Of a stretch of DNA of 64,000 nt, positions 62,540 to 64,000 are shown piece after piece; positions within the stretch are counted from its first letter, which is position 1; each line of letters starts with the position of its first letter. The translations under genes and the position numbers were made by a program. Origin of the DNA: Podarcis erhardii (lineage: Eukaryota). The notes under the pieces are model-generated. The model had not been told where the DNA came from and made no database searches. It saw only the letters and a list, made by a program, of their open reading frames with translations. Location: NCBI GenBank assembly GCA_964252035.1, contig OZ176210.1; one strand, given 5' to 3'.

Positions 62540-63760
62540 AATCAAAGGCGAGGAATCGGCGAGGCCCTTCGGGCCGGCATAGAAAAAGAGGGGGGGAGAG
62601 AGAGAGAGAGAGAGAAGCGAGAGAGAGACTGAGCAGGAAACTTACACTCCCTCGTCAGTTTCACCTGAGCAGAGCTCCCCCTCCCCCCCAGCAGACAATC
62701 CGCACTCCGTTCAGTGTTTCGCAGGGCTCTGCCCTTTCCCTCCCTGCTTCTGAAAGAGCAACTCGGCTCCGTGTCGTTTGCGCTTCGCTTCTGAGTATTA
62801 GGACAGGCAGGTTTCCCTTAATCAAGGTCAGATATTACTAGCACTATCTGGTCCCTGGGATGTATACAACCGAGGTACACGCACCTGCCAGGCGCTTAAT
62901 AACTTTTTCTCTGCTCGTTATTTCCAGCTCTCGTTTTTAGGGATGGGGAAAGAGTGAGAGAAGTCAATTGAGCAGTACAGAAAGGACAAAAGTCACCAGG
63001 TCCCCTGACTGTTCTATCCTTGCATCTCCACCACACCCCAGTATAGACAAGGTGGTTGGTGGCTGCTTGGTTGCTTTGCTGGTCCGGTGAAATGCAGGCG
63101 TTTAAACGCTTCGTGAAATAGATGTAATATATTTTCACAAACTTAAGATGCCAGGCGGTGGCCACGTCGCTCAAGGGAAGCAACGCCCTTCGATGTGTAT
63201 TTGCATGGCTTTCGAAGGACTACAAAACAAAGGCAGGGCATATTCCATTCTCGTAATCTTTGCTGTTCGATTAATCTTCTGCGGCTTTCTTTCTTTTTTT
63301 AAAAAAAGGATGGTGGAGGGAGAGGAAAGGGTGGGGGGGGAGCAGAGAGAATAAACCAAATAATCCACCTCTGGGTATTTGCAAGCCATGTTTACATTAG
63401 TTCTGCAAAATTAAACAAAGACACCAAATGACTGTGAGGAAGAGAAATTGTTGCCACTCTGCAAGCGCGCGGAAGGCTCTCTAATAAAGGGAGAGTCATT
63501 ATCGAGGCTTCGTGGAAATCGTCGCGGGTTAGGAAGAGGCGACTAAGACAAATAAGGCGCACCTTTGCCTTCACAGCTCTTTATTGCCACCTGCTCGAGA
63601 AATGTTCCTGCGGAGTATCAGAAGCCCAAATGTCACCCGTCGCTCTTGTGCTGTTGTTGTGAAGTGTCTGGGCTGTGAAAGATTGTCTCCAGATGCGCCC
63701 ACCCTTCAGAACAGGCTTCTGGCGCCCACTCGCCTTTCAACTGGCCAAGCATCTTTCGAC
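62540..63760. promoter_or_regulatory. CpG-rich block nearest the inferred NR2F1 3' end
   Basis: Frequent CpG, purine tracts, no ORF resembling a known protein. Confidence 0.45.
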
Positions 63761-64000
63761 ATTCCCCTTTTAGAAGCCCAGTATTCAACATCTCAGCTAA
63801 CCTTGCATCCTTCCAAAAAAAACCCTCCCCACCCACCTCTCCCCGGCCATTCAGATCCTTGAGATTAACATGGCTTGAAACTAACAGGGTTCTCAGAACC
63901 TGTCCGTCGTAACAACCACAAGGGTCCGATCCACCAGCTCTAGTGTTTGCTTGCTTCCCCCTTCCTCCTCTAATTTCTTTTTTTCCCCGAGGTCTGAGCT

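Noticed and set aside
48196-64000. NR2F1 coding exons
   Set aside because: Searched for the ligand-binding-domain end (LLLRLPSLRTVSS, GKTPIETLIRDMLL) on the minus strand; not present, so the gene is only inferred beyond the window.

Overview
Vertebrate genomic DNA, most likely a squamate (probably lacertid) lizard judging by the repeats; six N gaps. The only host coding sequence I can support is the terminal coding exon of FAM172A/ARB2A on the + strand (48053-48195, GTERHELTSWKSYASIFRFFGDAMEAKSSSGKAAPTRRSQRIRYEEL*), with a clean branch point, pyrimidine tract and AG. Positions 1-48052 are therefore mostly its long last intron. This part is AT-rich and holds L2, CR1, RTE and L1-type fragments, SINEs, several MITEs with intact TIRs/TSDs, and a decayed DD34E Tc1 transposon interrupted by a SINE. 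From about 47.5 kb the sequence switches to a CpG-rich, almost transposon-free domain. This fits the known FAM172A-NR2F1 synteny, with NR2F1 expected just beyond the right edge (no NR2F1 coding sequence seen). Best leads: a cryptic in-frame cassette exon (9769-9920) that would give an alternative C-terminus escaping NMD; a cluster of nine GATA sites; a MITE-borne CTCF motif; a fish-like Tc1 (horizontal-transfer candidate); a TSD-flanked poly(A) retroposon lacking an RT end; and a HEEL-to-YEEL change at the C-terminus. I found no firm evidence of a wholly new biological system. All regulatory calls are motif-based inference.
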